DNA of 64,000 nucleotides from a virus, in IMG/VR virus record IMGVR_UViG_3300012936_003649, positions 1-64,000 of that record. One strand, given 5' to 3'. A model generated the notes under the pieces. That model was given only the letters and a program-made list of their open reading frames with translations. It was not told where the DNA came from and did not search any database. Position 1 is the first letter of the stretch. Each line of letters opens with the position of its first letter. Both the position numbers and the translations under genes were made by a program. Positions 1-13,100 of this stretch are shown one piece after another.

Positions 1-15
1 GCAGTGAAGATAGGT

Positions 16-21
16 TAAATA
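16..21 (+). promoter_or_regulatory. T4-late-like promoter box TAAATA, 5 nt before ATG (probable leaderless transcript)
   Basis: ggtTAAATAgttatATG; same geometry recurs at 35319, 56623 (minus) and 56662. Confidence 0.55.
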
Positions 22-26
22 GTTAT

Positions 27-473
27 ATGAGTACTTTAGAAAAAAATTTATATGATAGAATTGCTATAAAACCGTCGCAACAACAAAAGCCTGTTGTAAC
101 AAGCAGGGCATATAGAGGTTTGTCTACGGTTAATCCTGAAAATACTTCTAGCACATTGTACGATCTTGCACTTATAAAACAAGATTTACTAAATCATTTT
201 CATATTCGCCAAGGTGAAAAACTTCACAATCCTAAATTTGGCACTATTATTTGGGACGCATTGTTTGAACCGTTCACAGATGAATTAAAAGAAGCAATAG
301 CGGCTAACGTAACACAGATTTGTAATTACGATCCACGTGTGCAAGCAGAAGATATTAGAGTAACAAGTTATGAAAGTGGTATACAAATTGAAATGCAACT
401 GACTTATTTGCCATATAATATTTCAGAAAAACTTAGATTAGACTTTGACGAATCTGCAGGACTTACAGCATAA
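27..473 (+). CDS. Baseplate wedge subunit, gp25/GPW family
   Basis: 148 aa; LIKQDLLNHFHIRQGEKLHNPKFGTIIWDALFEP...YDPRV matches the gp25/GPW pattern; directly upstream of gp6-like gene. Confidence 0.85.
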   Translation: MSTLEKNLYDRIAIKPSQQQKPVVTSRAYRGLSTVNPENTSSTLYDLALIKQDLLNHFHIRQGEKLHNPKFGTIIWDALFEPFTDELKEAIAANVTQICNYDPRVQAEDIRVTSYESGIQIEMQLTYLPYNISEKLRLDFDESAGLTA

Positions 474-499
474 ATTATATACGCACTTTTCTTAAACAA

Positions 500-506
500 A
501 TAAATA
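500..506 (+). promoter_or_regulatory. Late-promoter-like ATAAATA
   Basis: Intergenic aaATAAATAcat upstream of a structural gene; AAGGA RBS before ATG 532. Confidence 0.5.
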
Positions 507-531
507 CATATGAACAAATAAGGAATGTGAT

Positions 532-3500
532 ATGTCATCAACAGACAGACAAAATAGACTGCTAGTTGCAGAAGATTGGAAGCGTATATATCAATCTTAT
601 CGTAATGCTGATTTCCAAAGTTATGATTTCGACAACTTACGCAGAACTATGATAAATTACCTAAGGACTAACTATCCTGAGGATTTTAACGATTATATTG
701 AATCTAGCGAATATCTTGCTTTAATAGATCTTATTGCGTTTTTAGGTCAAAATATCTCATTCCGAATTGATCTTAATTCACGTGAAAACTTTTTAGAACT
801 TGCAGAGCGTAGAGAATCAGTATTACGTTTAGCAAGATTGCTTTCATACAATCCAAAGCGTAATCAAGCCGCTCGTGGACTTCTTAAGATAACATCTATA
901 GCAACGTCACAAGATGTTGTTGATTCAAATAATTTTAATTTGTCAGGACAGCAAATTTCTTGGAACGACCCAAGCAATTCAAATTGGTACGAACAATTTA
1001 TAAAAGTGATGAATGCCGCATTACCTGCAAACGGAGTTTTTGGTAAGCCTGCTAAGAAAGCAACTATAAGTAACATTCCTCATGAACAATATAGATTTAA
1101 TGCTATTAATACAGACATTCCTAAATATTCTTTTTCTAAAGTTGTTGAAGGACAAAGTTTACCGTTTGAAGTTGTAAGTAGTGATATTGTAGAAAATGAT
1201 ATAGAAGAAGAAATTCCTTTAGTTGGAAACAGTTTTGCATGTTTATATAAAAATGACGGGCAAGGACCTGCAAGCACTAATACAGGATTTTTTTGCACAT
1301 TCAAACAAGGCGCTCTAGATGATGGTCAATTTACAGTTAATAATCCTAGTGCTAATCAAAAAGTTGATATCGATGCAACTGATATAAATGATGAAGATGT
1401 GTGGTTATTCAAATTAGATGAAAATGGTAGAGAAAATGAATATTGGACAAAAGTAAAAGCAGTTGAAGGTAACAATGTAATTTACAATAGCCTTAACAAA
1501 AATATAAGAAATTTATATTCAGTTCTTACACGAGTTCAAGATAGAATAAGTTTAATTTTTAGTGATGGAGTTTTTGGTAATCTACCACAAGGAAGATTTA
1601 AAGTAGTATATCGAACTAGTGCAAATAAAAGATATACAATAAAGCCAAGCGAAATGACAGGTATACAAATACAAATCCCTTACCTAAGTGAATTTGGTGT
1701 GCCTGAAACTTTGAGTATGACATTACAACTCAAGTATACAATTTCGAATAGTAGTTTGAGCGAAACTAATGAAAGCATAAAAGCAAACGCACCTGCCACT
1801 TACTATACACAAAATAGAATGGTAACTGCTGAAGATTATAATGTTGCTCCATTAGGTGTTAGTCAAGAAATAGTAAAAGTTAAAACAGTTAATAGAAATG
1901 CTAGTGGAATAAGTAGGTACTTCGACTTGATAGATTCAACAGGAAAGTATTCAAGCACAAACTTATTTGGTAATGATGGTATAATTTACAAAGAAACTAA
2001 GAATCTAAAAACAACATTTAATTTTGTAACCACAACTGATATTGAAAGTGCTATTACAAATACGATAGAACCGATTATTAGAGATAGAAAAGTTTACAAT
2101 TATTATTTAGAAAATTTTACAAAAATTATTACAACTGATCTTGGGGTAGAATGGACTAGTTCTACGCAAGATACAAATCGTAGTACAGGATTTATAAATG
2201 ACGCTAATGATACTAAGATTAAAGTAGGTGGATTTACTGCAAATAATTTAAGATTTATCAAAGCAGGCACACTCGTTAAATTTGTTGCTCCTGCAGGTTT
2301 TCATTTTATGACGACAAATAACAATGCATTAATGTCTGGTGAAGCAGACCATCCAGGTGCAGTTGATTATCTATGGACAAAAGTAATAAGCGTAAACGGT
2401 GACGGCACAACTGTAGGTTCAACAGGATTAGGACCTATAGTTCTTAATGATATCATTCCGAGTAATGCTTTGCTAGAAGAAGTTCGCCCAAAATTAGCAA
2501 ATGTAATTACTGATGCAGTAAAAACACAAGTTGTAGATCAAGCGTTTGCAACAAATACATTTGGCTTACGTTATGATGTAGAAACACAACAATGGAGAAT
2601 TATCACTGAAGCCAATTTAGATAGTGTAAGTAACTTTAGCACAGGTAAAACAGGTGATTCTAGCAACCAAAATTTAGATGCAAGTTGGCTTTTGTATTTT
2701 AAAACTGATGGTGAAAGATATGATATTACGTATAGAACATTAAGATACGTATTTGAAAGTGATAAAGAAATTAAATTCTATTACGATAGTACAGATAAAA
2801 TTTATGACAATAAATCTGGAAAAGTTATCAAAGACAAAATTGAAGTTTTAAATGTTAACAATAAACCAGATGTATCAAAACAATTTACTAGAAGTTATGA
2901 CTGGGAAATAGTAAAAGAATATAGAGATGCCGAAGGTTATGTTGATAGTAAGCGTATAGAAATAAGTTTCTTTGATGTGGACGATGACGGAGTAATTGAT
3001 AACCCAGAAGGATTTATTGATATTGTTGCAGAAGATACTAATCCTAGTACAAAATATATCTTCCAAAAGAAATATACTACATCTGATGGTGTTGAAGATT
3101 ACAGATATGTAGATAATGCTATAGAAGGTATACAAGTTAAAGCAAATGTTGGTGCAGTAGGCGCATATAGTCAATACTCTGCCGGTCAAGTTTTCTTTAC
3201 TATGGATACAGAATTATTTTATGTATTAGATAGTGCCAAGAAAAATTTACAACTTACAAAAGATTATAGAGGTTATACTGGACGTTCTGGATTAAAATTT
3301 AGATATTTACACAGTGCAGACTACAATCAAAGAATTGATCCAGCCGCAAGTAACATTATGGATTGCTACTTATTGACACGAACTTATGATGCACAATATA
3401 GACAATTCTTAGCAGGTGATAGGTTATCAGAACCTTTGCCACCAAGCAGTGATGAAATGTATAGAACATATGGTGGTGAATTAGACAAAATTAAAAGCAT

Positions 3501-4155
3501 TAGTGATGAAATAATCTATCATCCAGTAAAATATAAACCATTATTTGGTCCATCAGCGGAGACAAGTTTGCAAGCAACATTTAAAGTCGTAGTTAATCCT
3601 GACGTAGTTACAAATAATAATGATATTAAATCAAGAGTAATAGAAGCAATTAACATTTATTTTAATTTAGATAATTGGGAATTTGGTGAAAGTTTTTATT
3701 TTAGTGAATTGTCAACTTATATAATGAATCAGATGACTCCTGATATAGTGAGTATTGTAATTGTACCAAATGAGCAAAGTCAATCATTTGGGAGTTTATA
3801 TGAAATAAAATCCGAGTCTAACGAAATTTTTATAAGTTCAGCAACAGTTGAAAATGTTGAAATAATAGATGCAATTACAGCAAGTAGACTAAGAGCAACA
3901 GGCAATGTTATTACAGCAAGTCAAGAAACACTTAACACAGGTGTTACAAGTTCTGTATCTCCAGCAGGTTCTGTAAGTTCTACAGGTGCTATGTCAACAA
4001 GTAGTACAAGTTCAAGTTCAAGTAGTACAAGTTCAAGTAGTTCAAGTAGTAGCGGTGGCGGCGGATCATCAAGCGGTGGCGGCGGATCATCAAGCGGTGG
4101 CGGCGGATCATCAGGCGGTGGCGGCTCATCAGGCGGCGGAGGATATGGTTACTAA
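532..4155 (+). CDS. Baseplate wedge subunit, T4 gp6-like, with Ser/Gly-rich C-terminal tail
   Basis: 1207 aa; N-terminal YDFDNLRRTMINYLRTNYPEDFNDY...ENFLELAERRESVLRLARLLSYNPKR and ETNESIKANAPATYYTQNRMVTAEDY are gp6/baseplate J-like motifs. Confidence 0.85.
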   Translation: MSSTDRQNRLLVAEDWKRIYQSYRNADFQSYDFDNLRRTMINYLRTNYPEDFNDYIESSEYLALIDLIAFLGQNISFRIDLNSRENFLELAERRESVLRLARLLSYNPKRNQAARGLLKITSIATSQDVVDSNNFNLSGQQISWNDPSNSNWYEQFIKVMNAALPANGVFGKPAKKATISNIPHEQYRFNAINTDIPKYSFSKVVEGQSLPFEVVSSDIVENDIEEEIPLVGNSFACLYKNDGQGPASTNTGFFCTFKQGALDDGQFTVNNPSANQKVDIDATDINDEDVWLFKLDENGRENEYWTKVKAVEGNNVIYNSLNKNIRNLYSVLTRVQDRISLIFSDGVFGNLPQGRFKVVYRTSANKRYTIKPSEMTGIQIQIPYLSEFGVPETLSMTLQLKYTISNSSLSETNESIKANAPATYYTQNRMVTAEDYNVAPLGVSQEIVKVKTVNRNASGISRYFDLIDSTGKYSSTNLFGNDGIIYKETKNLKTTFNFVTTTDIESAITNTIEPIIRDRKVYNYYLENFTKIITTDLGVEWTSSTQDTNRSTGFINDANDTKIKVGGFTANNLRFIKAGTLVKFVAPAGFHFMTTNNNALMSGEADHPGAVDYLWTKVISVNGDGTTVGSTGLGPIVLNDIIPSNALLEEVRPKLANVITDAVKTQVVDQAFATNTFGLRYDVETQQWRIITEANLDSVSNFSTGKTGDSSNQNLDASWLLYFKTDGERYDITYRTLRYVFESDKEIKFYYDSTDKIYDNKSGKVIKDKIEVLNVNNKPDVSKQFTRSYDWEIVKEYRDAEGYVDSKRIEISFFDVDDDGVIDNPEGFIDIVAEDTNPSTKYIFQKKYTTSDGVEDYRYVDNAIEGIQVKANVGAVGAYSQYSAGQVFFTMDTELFYVLDSAKKNLQLTKDYRGYTGRSGLKFRYLHSADYNQRIDPAASNIMDCYLLTRTYDAQYRQFLAGDRLSEPLPPSSDEMYRTYGGELDKIKSISDEIIYHPVKYKPLFGPSAETSLQATFKVVVNPDVVTNNNDIKSRVIEAINIYFNLDNWEFGESFYFSELSTYIMNQMTPDIVSIVIVPNEQSQSFGSLYEIKSESNEIFISSATVENVEIIDAITASRLRATGNVITASQETLNTGVTSSVSPAGSVSSTGAMSTSSTSSSSSSTSSSSSSSSGGGGSSSGGGGSSSGGGGSSGGGGSSGGGGYGY
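4051..4140 (+). repeat. In-frame 21-nt tandem repeat encoding (SGGGGSS)n
   Basis: agcggtggcggcggatcatca x3 (4051-4113) plus two shorter degenerate copies, preceded by poly-Ser coding tract. Confidence 0.9.
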
Positions 4156-7100
4156 TGGCATATGATGATAATCAAAATGAGAGTCCATTACCGGTAGAAG
4201 GCAAAAAGAAAAACTTTCGTTCTAATGAGTTATTGCCTAAGTATTTTAGGACTAGTAAAAACAACAAGTTTTTAGATGCAACTCTTGATCAAGTTTTACA
4301 ACCAGGCACTGCCCAAAAACTAAATGGATATTATGGTAGGAAAACTGCAAAGTCATATAGAAATAATGACAACTATATTGGAGATATTTCTGTAAACAGA
4401 GAAGCATATCAATTAGAGCCAGCAGTAATAAGCAAAGACTCTTATGACAATGTAACTTTTTACAAAGACTATAATGATTATATAAACCAAATAAAAGCAT
4501 TTGGCGGGAATGTTGATAATCATGATCTATTAAACGGTGCTGAATACTATTCATGGAATCCTAATATTGATTGGGATAAATTAACAAATTTTAGAGAGTA
4601 TTATTGGTTACCAACTGGACCAGTTGCAATCAATGTTGCAGGACAAAGTACTGATGTAACAAGCACTTATAGTATAACAAGTATTGACAACGGAAATAAT
4701 TTAGCATATGTTGTCAATGGCAATCTTACACAGAACCCTACAATAGAATTATATAAAGGTCAAACATATACTTTTGACATCAGTGCAACTGATATGCCAT
4801 TTACAATACGCACAGAACGTAGTTTAGATGCAGATACTATATATGAAAATGGTGTTACAAATAACAATATTGAAAGCGGAATATTAACCTTTACAGTTCC
4901 ATTAAATGCTCCTACAAGATTGTATTACCAAAATAGTAATAATATTAATTCAGGCGGTATTATTAGAATAGCAGAAGTAGATGAAGCAACAGCAATAAAC
5001 GTTGAAACAGAAATCCTAGGCAAAAAAGATTACACAACTTCTAAAGGTGTTGAATTACTAAATGGTATGAAGTTGAATTTTGTAGGACAAGTTACACCTG
5101 AAAAGTATGCTACAGGAAACTGGATTGTAGAAGGTGTAGGCGAGCAGATAAATTTAGTCAACACTGACGATTTAGTAATAGCATTATCTTATGCACAGGA
5201 TTTACCTATTGAATATGATAAAGATAGTTTTGATAGTCTACCATTTGGAAATGCATCTTCTTATAGTGCCACAAAAGATTATATCGTGGTCAACAGAAAT
5301 TCACCAGATAAAAATGCCTGGGCAAGAAATAACAAATGGTATCATAGATCTGTTATAGAAAAAAGTGCAGAGATAAATGGGCAAGCAACAAATATTGATC
5401 AAGCACAAAGAGCAAAGCGTCCAATCATAGAATTTGTTAGCGGATTAAAACTTTTTAATTTTGGTACCGAAAAGAAAAATGATGTTGATTTGGTTGATAC
5501 TGTAACCAAAGATATATTTTCTAGTATTGAAGGCACAGTAGGATATAATATTGATGGTATAGATGTTACTGATGGTATGCGTATTTTATTTACTGCTGAA
5601 CAAGATATTAGAGCGGCAGGAAAAATTTATAAAGTCAAATTTATAGAACATAATAGTAACGTGCCTCAAATTGCATTACTTGAAGATACTGATGCAACAC
5701 CACAAACAAATGAGGTTGTTCTTGTTAAAAAAGGAACAGCAAATGCAGGTTGTCATTATTATTACAATGGTACTGCTTGGAAAAAAGGACAGATAAAAAA
5801 CAAAGTTAATCAAGCACCCATGTTTGATATGTTTGATTCTAATGGAAAAAGTTTTGCAGATGAAGCAACATATGAAGCAACAACTTTTGTAGGAAACAAA
5901 GTTTTCAGTTACAAAGAAGGAACAGGCACAGCAGATACAGAATTAGGATTTCCTATCACTTATCGTGCTTTAACAAATGTCGGTGATATTACGTTCAATT
6001 TTGATTTACTCACAGAACAGTTTTCATATCAAGAACTAAGCGAAATTTTTAATGTTAAAACAGACACAGGATTTTTAAAAACATATACTTCTTTGAATAC
6101 ATTCTCTTATAAAAGCGGATGGCAAAAAGCAAAAAATTTGTCTAGACAAAAAGTAATTAGACAATATGATATTGTAGGAGAAATAAATCAATTAGAAATT
6201 GATGTATACGATAATGCAGGAGATTTGAACGATTTATACCATTGTATATTTTTAAACAATAAACATTATTTTGATTATACAATTTCTAGACAAGACGGAA
6301 AAGCATTTATTATTTTTAATAAAAATTTATCTGCAGGCGATACTGTTATAATAAAAACATCTTCTGCAACACCTAAAAATGCAAATGGATATTATGAATT
6401 TCCTATTAACTTAGAACACAATCCAAACAATGTTAATTTAGAAACATTTACCTTAGGTGAAGTTAATGATCATGTTTTTAGTATGATAGAAGACCTAACT
6501 AATTTTAAAGGTGTATTTCCTGGCAATAGTAATTTAGGAAGTTTGGGAGATATCAATACTGTTGGTAAAAAATTTGTGCAACACTCTGGACCAATTAATA
6601 ATCCTTTATACCATATTACAACAAAAGACGCTAATGTTATAAAAGCAATTGATTTTGCAAAAAATGAATATAGAACATTTAAGAGATCATTTTTGCAAAT
6701 CGCTGAAAATTTAGGTTTTGAAGGACAAACAAAAACTCATGTTGACAAGATATTAATAGAAGCACTAAAAAATAAAACTGTTAATGATCCGTATTATTTC
6801 AGTGACATGGTTCCTTTTTTAGGAAACAAACGGCTAGAATTTAAAGTATATGATACAGAAAATAATTTCTTTAGTTTGTCACAAGTATTTGATAAAACAA
6901 AATTAAGCAATAAAGCAATAACAATTTATCAGAACGGAGAACAATTAGTACATGGCAGAGATTATACTTTTAATACTGATGGTTTTGCTGTAATTACAGC
7001 AACCAAAGCAGATGGTGATTTAATAGAAATATATGAATATGAAAGCACAGATGGTAACTACGTACCAAGCACTCCTACTAAGTTAGGTTTGTATCCTGCA

Positions 7101-10100
7101 TTTGTTCCAGAAATTATAACAGATGATAGTTATAGAACACCAACAAAAATTATTATTGGGCATGATGGTAGTCGTACTACTGCTTTTAATGATTATAGAG
7201 ATAACTTGTTATTAGATTTAGAAAAAAGAATTTATAATAATATAAAAATCGAATATGACACTGACAAATTAGATATACATGATTTTATTCCTGGGGCATA
7301 TAGAAATACTAAATTTAATCTTACAAATATTAATAAAGTTTTGTTAAGTGATTTTGTAAAATGGAGTGAATCACTAGGAGGTTTAGATTACACATCAAAT
7401 AATTTTTATGAATTAACTGATAGTTTCACTTATAACTATTCTTATATGTCAGGACCAAATGGAGAAGCCCTAACAGGTTTTTGGAGATCAGTTTACAGGC
7501 ATGCATACGATACTGATACTCCGCATACCACTCCTTGGAAGATGTTAGGTTTTTCGAATAAGCCAACTTGGTGGAACAGTGTTTATGGACCTGCACCCTA
7601 CACTAAAGATAATTTAATTCTTTGGGAAGATCTAGAAGCAGGCAAAGTTGCTGAACCTAACAAAGCACCTAAATTTTTAGAAAAATATGCAAGACCTGGA
7701 CTTACTAAACATATACCGGTCGATGAAGATGGTAACTTACTAAGCCCATTACAATCAAAATTTGCTAATGAATATATTTCATCATATACCAAACTAGGGT
7801 TTGTATTTGGTGATCATGCACCTACAGAAAATGCATGGAGAAATAGTAGTGATTATGCTTTCAGTGTTATCAAATCTTGGTTACTAAACCAACCTGCAAA
7901 AGTCATGTCTATGGCTTGGGATATATCAAGAATAAGCAAAAATCTTGCAGGACAATTTGTTTATAACGAGAATAAACGTTCTATATCATTAGCAGATTTA
8001 GTTTTTACTAATATTTACAGTGATACACAAAGGGTTTACACAAGTGGTCTAGTAGATTATATTATAAACTACACATTGTCAAATAGTAATATTTCAACAA
8101 AAGATTACAAAGAACAAGTTACAAACTTAAAGTATCAATTAGGTAGCAAATTAGGTGCATTTACAGACCAAACTAAAATGAAATTAGTTTTAGATAGTAG
8201 AACTCCTTTTAACAAAGGCAATGTATTTTTACCAAAAGAAAATTACCAAATATTTTTAAATACAAGTTCTCCTGTTGATGTGATAAGTTACAGTGGCGTT
8301 ATTGTAGAAAAACAATCATACGGGTTTGTAGTTAGAGGATACGACAAAGCAGATCCTGTTTTCAAAATACAAAAAGCAATACCACGCACAAATGATGTTG
8401 CAACAAATGTTGGCGGGGTTTCAGATGCATTTGTAGAGTGGGAAGCAGAACAAAAATATACTGAAGATAAATTTGTAAGATATTTAAATAGTTTTTATAG
8501 AGTTACTGAAGATCATACTTCTGAACAGAACTTTGATGCAACAAAGTTCCGTAAGATTCCTGCATTACCTATTAGAGGGGGAGCAACAGCATTATTCCGT
8601 AAAAACTTTGAAGAAAATATCACCGAAGTTCCGTACGGAACAATATATACAGAAATACAAGAAGTTGTTGACTTTATTCTTGGCTATGCAAAACAACTTG
8701 ATACAGCAGGTTTTACGTTTGATTATTACAATAAAGAAACTAGTACTGTTGAAGATTGGAAATATAGTGCTAAAGAATTCTTATATTGGACTACACAAAA
8801 TTGGGCGGCAGGCACAATTATTGCTTTGAGTCCTAGTGCTAATCAAATTAAATTTACAAGGCCTTATGGTGTTGTTGATAATTTGTACGATAACTTTTAT
8901 GATTATTCATTACAAACAAGCAATGGGCAACCGATGGGCGAAGAGTTCACACGTTTGACTAGAGATGGAAATACGTTTGCAGTAAACTTAGCAAATACAG
9001 CAGAGGGAATTTACTATATACAACTTCCGATTGTGCAAGTAGAACATGTAGTAATACTTGACAACATATCTGATTTTAAAGATGTAATTTACTCTCCTGC
9101 TTCAGGATATAGACAAGATAGAATAAAAGTAATGGGTTATAGAACTGCGAACTGGGATGGTACACTTAATATTCCAGGATTTGTATTTGATCAAGCAGAA
9201 GTAAAAGAATGGCAAGCGTATAAAGATTACGCAATAGGCGATACAATACGGTATAAAGAATTCTTTTACACAGCAAAAAATAAAATTGCAGGCGGCGCCA
9301 AATTTATTCCTGCTGATTGGAATAGAATGGAAGGACGTCCTGAAACTAAACTTTATACAAACTTTGATTATAGAATAAATCAATTTACTGACTTTTATGA
9401 TTTAGATAGTGATAATTTTGATAGTGAACAACAAAGACTTGCACAGCATTTAGTTGGATATCAAAAACGTCAATACTTAGAAAATATTATCAATGATGAT
9501 GTATCGCAGTACAAATTTTACCAAGGATTTATTGCAGATAAAGGATCACGTAATAGTGTTGATAAACTTTTCGATGCACTAGCAAGTGCTGATAGAGAAT
9601 CAGTTGACTTTTATGAAGAGTGGGCTATCAAAAATAATCAATACGGAAGCACAACAAATTTTGAAGAAATAGAATGGCAACTAGATGAATCAAAATTTAA
9701 ATTAAGTCCCCAGCCAATTGAATTGGTTGAAACTTTGCCTAGTGCTCCTACAGATTTGATTTATAGAATACCTAATTATGATGTGTTTCTAAAACCTGAA
9801 AATTATGACGTAAACAAAATTCCTACTAAATTTACAACAGAAGAATATGTAAAAACAGTAGGTTACGTTACAGGTGAAGATGTCAGTCGTGCTGTTCTTA
9901 CTAAAGATGGAATACTTGCATTTAGTATTGATGATATTAATAAAAATGATTATGTTTGGGTAGCAACAGATAACCAAACTTGGAATGTACTTCAACATAC
10001 CGAAACAAATTTAAAAATTGAAAAAGCAACACCAGTTGGAAATGAAATTACATTAGATATGAATTTTACGGCAAGAGAAATTGCAGTAGGAGATATATTT

Positions 10101-13100
10101 GGAATTACTAATGCTAACACAACAGCATTGACTACTTTAGACGGATTTTACAAAGCAACAAAAGTTTCAGGTAATAAAGTTACGTTTGAAAGTGATAAAT
10201 CAGACTGGTTAGAAATAGACGATACTGTTACTATAAAAGGTACAGTTACTATTTTTACAAGTCAACGAACAAAAACAGTTGATGATGCGAATACAAATAT
10301 TACTGCAAATCTATCTAGCAATGAATTAGTTTGGATTGATGATGACGATAACGGAAAATGGACTGTACTAAAAAACAAACCTGTCTATAGTGAACATCAA
10401 AAAGTTTTAAGCACAGTGAATTTAGATAGCACAACACACGGTTTTGGACATGCAATAAGTGTAAATGATGCAAATACAAAAATGGCAGTTGGTATTCCTT
10501 ACAAAGGCAACGGTGAAGTACACATTTATGTCAGACCAAACGATAGCACTAATTATGTTTTAGATCAAATTATTGCGGCACCTATTAATGTTGCTGATGC
10601 GTATGACGGAAGCACATTTTCTACGTCAATGCAATTTGGTGAAAGTGTTGCATTAAGTCCGGACGGTAAATTTCTTGCAGTAGGATCTCCACAAGCATCT
10701 AACACATATAGTTTTTACCAAGGAGAATACAGACAAGGAGTTGCTTACACAAAACAACAAATTGTAAAATACGGTCCTAACTTATATAAAGCAATACAAA
10801 ATATAGATCCTGCTACAGGAGCAATATCTTTTAGTAGTTTTGATTCGTATATAGATATTGTTGCTGAAAGTGATAGTACTTTAATTAATTTATTACAAAC
10901 TGCTGATTATAAAATTAATGATAGTTTTGGCGTCAGTCACATGTTGATTAGAGCACCAATAAATGCATATGAAGGTAGTGCAGTAGGCGATGAAATTGTA
11001 TTAGCATGGAACAACTTCAGTAAATTAAATGTACAAGGTGGTTCAACAGATGTCCAGCCATTTGATGGAGAATTTCCTGCAATTACAGGTGCATTTTTAA
11101 GTGACAAACACGAAATAAAATATAAAGTTGATAATGTTCTTGTTATAGAAAATTTTGTTAATTTACCAGCGATAGGCGATACTCTTTCAAGTAGTGTTGC
11201 AAGTGGTGAAGTTGTTTATGTAGCAAATGATTTAACTACATGTACAGTGTATCTTTCAAATGTAAATGGTACTTTTGCAACCTCAGGCAGTGTGTTTGTA
11301 GGTACAATTCGTATTGGAGATTATACTGAAGATTATGTTAACGCTTTAAATAATTTAGGCGGCTATTGGTGGATTGATACACCACAGTATACGACTTCAG
11401 CAGACAGTACAAATACTTTTGTAGATCCAGGACACGGTTTAGTTTACGTAGATTTACTTACAGCGGCAAGTGGTAGAACTACACCTAATTTTTATTATAA
11501 TATAACTCAAACAAGACAGCAGGCAGTAAATGATGCTACTGTGTCTGGTGCAAGTTTAAGTCTAATGGATCAAGCATCTTTTGCACAGACACTAACTTAC
11601 GAAGGAGATCCTTTAGAAGTATTTGCATTACAATCTAGTCCTTTATGGACAATAAGAGGACCAAAGACTTTTACAGATACATTGAACAATGGTGACAAAT
11701 TTAAAATGGTTGTAGATAGTGTAAGTGGAAACACTAATTTTACAGATACCGCGATGAGTACTACATTGTTTAATAAAGAACATACAGTTTATGACTTATG
11801 GGACGGTTACATAGATTTTACCTTTGATAAATTTGACCAAGCAAACCAATTACCATTTGAACCTATTGTAGGTGATGTTGTTGAAGATACAGTAACAGGT
11901 GCAACCGGGGTAATAACTTTTTATAAAAGACAATTTAATAGTGTTAGGATTTATGTAAAAAATGTTACAGGCACTTGGAGCAAAGGTAATGATTACAATG
12001 AAGACGCAGATATATTCCGTGTTAGAGGTTCTATAAAACGTAACATGGGTAGAATAAATGGTGTTAGTTTAGAAGGTAATCGTATTGGTAAAATAATTGT
12101 CTTAGAAGAAGATAATAATTTTCCAGATGTGCCAATTAGTGAATTAACAGATTTTGAATACTTTTTCTTTAATGAAACAACTTTACAGGGTGTACCAAGA
12201 GAAGCAAATATTCCGGCATCAAATAATAATGATTGGCAACAAGTTACAAATATACCTGTATCTAATTTGAATGGAACACAGGCAAGCGGTTTGACTTTAG
12301 AGGGTATGTTTAGTGTTTATGAATTAAATGAGCAGATACAATTTAAAGTACAAAATCATTATACAGTTCCTGAAAGAAAATCACATGCAAAACTTGGAGA
12401 TGAATTACAATTTACGCAAGACGGAAATTTATATAGATTGAGTGTATCTTCTAAAGGTGCAGGAAGTCAGTATAATGCAGGAAGTATACACTTTATAAAG
12501 CATGGCACAGAAACAAAAAATGCTGTCTTAGAATCATACAATTGGCAATTAGATATTGATCCTCAGTTTAGAGGCGATTTCCATTCGTCTGTATTTTACA
12601 AACAAAATGAAATTGTTGAATATCAAAGCAGACTTTACAAAGCATTAAGAAATATTGCAAGTGGAAGTGCATTTGTGCCAGCAGATTGGGAGTCAGTTAC
12701 TGATGGTACTGCTCATGTTGGGTTTGTACCAACTACAGGCACTAATTCAATAATTGGTGAAGAAGTTTTTGATCCAGAATTCGGCGTAAGAGATTTTGCA
12801 AGACATTTTGATCAATCTAAAGATGGTGAAGTTTTAGTTGTAAGTTCTAGAATACAAGGTAATGACAGTACAGGAGAGCGTGTAATTGTTGTTTATAGAA
12901 GATTGCCTGAAGGACAAATGACTGTATCACAAGTTATTAAACCTCCATACGAAGATAATTCTTCTATGTTACCTCAAGGTGTAGACTTTGACTGGAATTC
13001 TACAAGTTCTTATACAGGTTTTGGTGACAGTGTAAGTGTAAGTGCTGACGGAGAAATGATTGCTGTTGGTGAACCTTTTAACGATGATCGTAAAAAAGAT

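Noticed and set aside
4051-4140. (G4S)-like repeat as synthetic linker contamination or CRISPR
   Set aside because: In frame, degenerate, continuous with a natural poly-Ser tract, no spacers and no vector sequence
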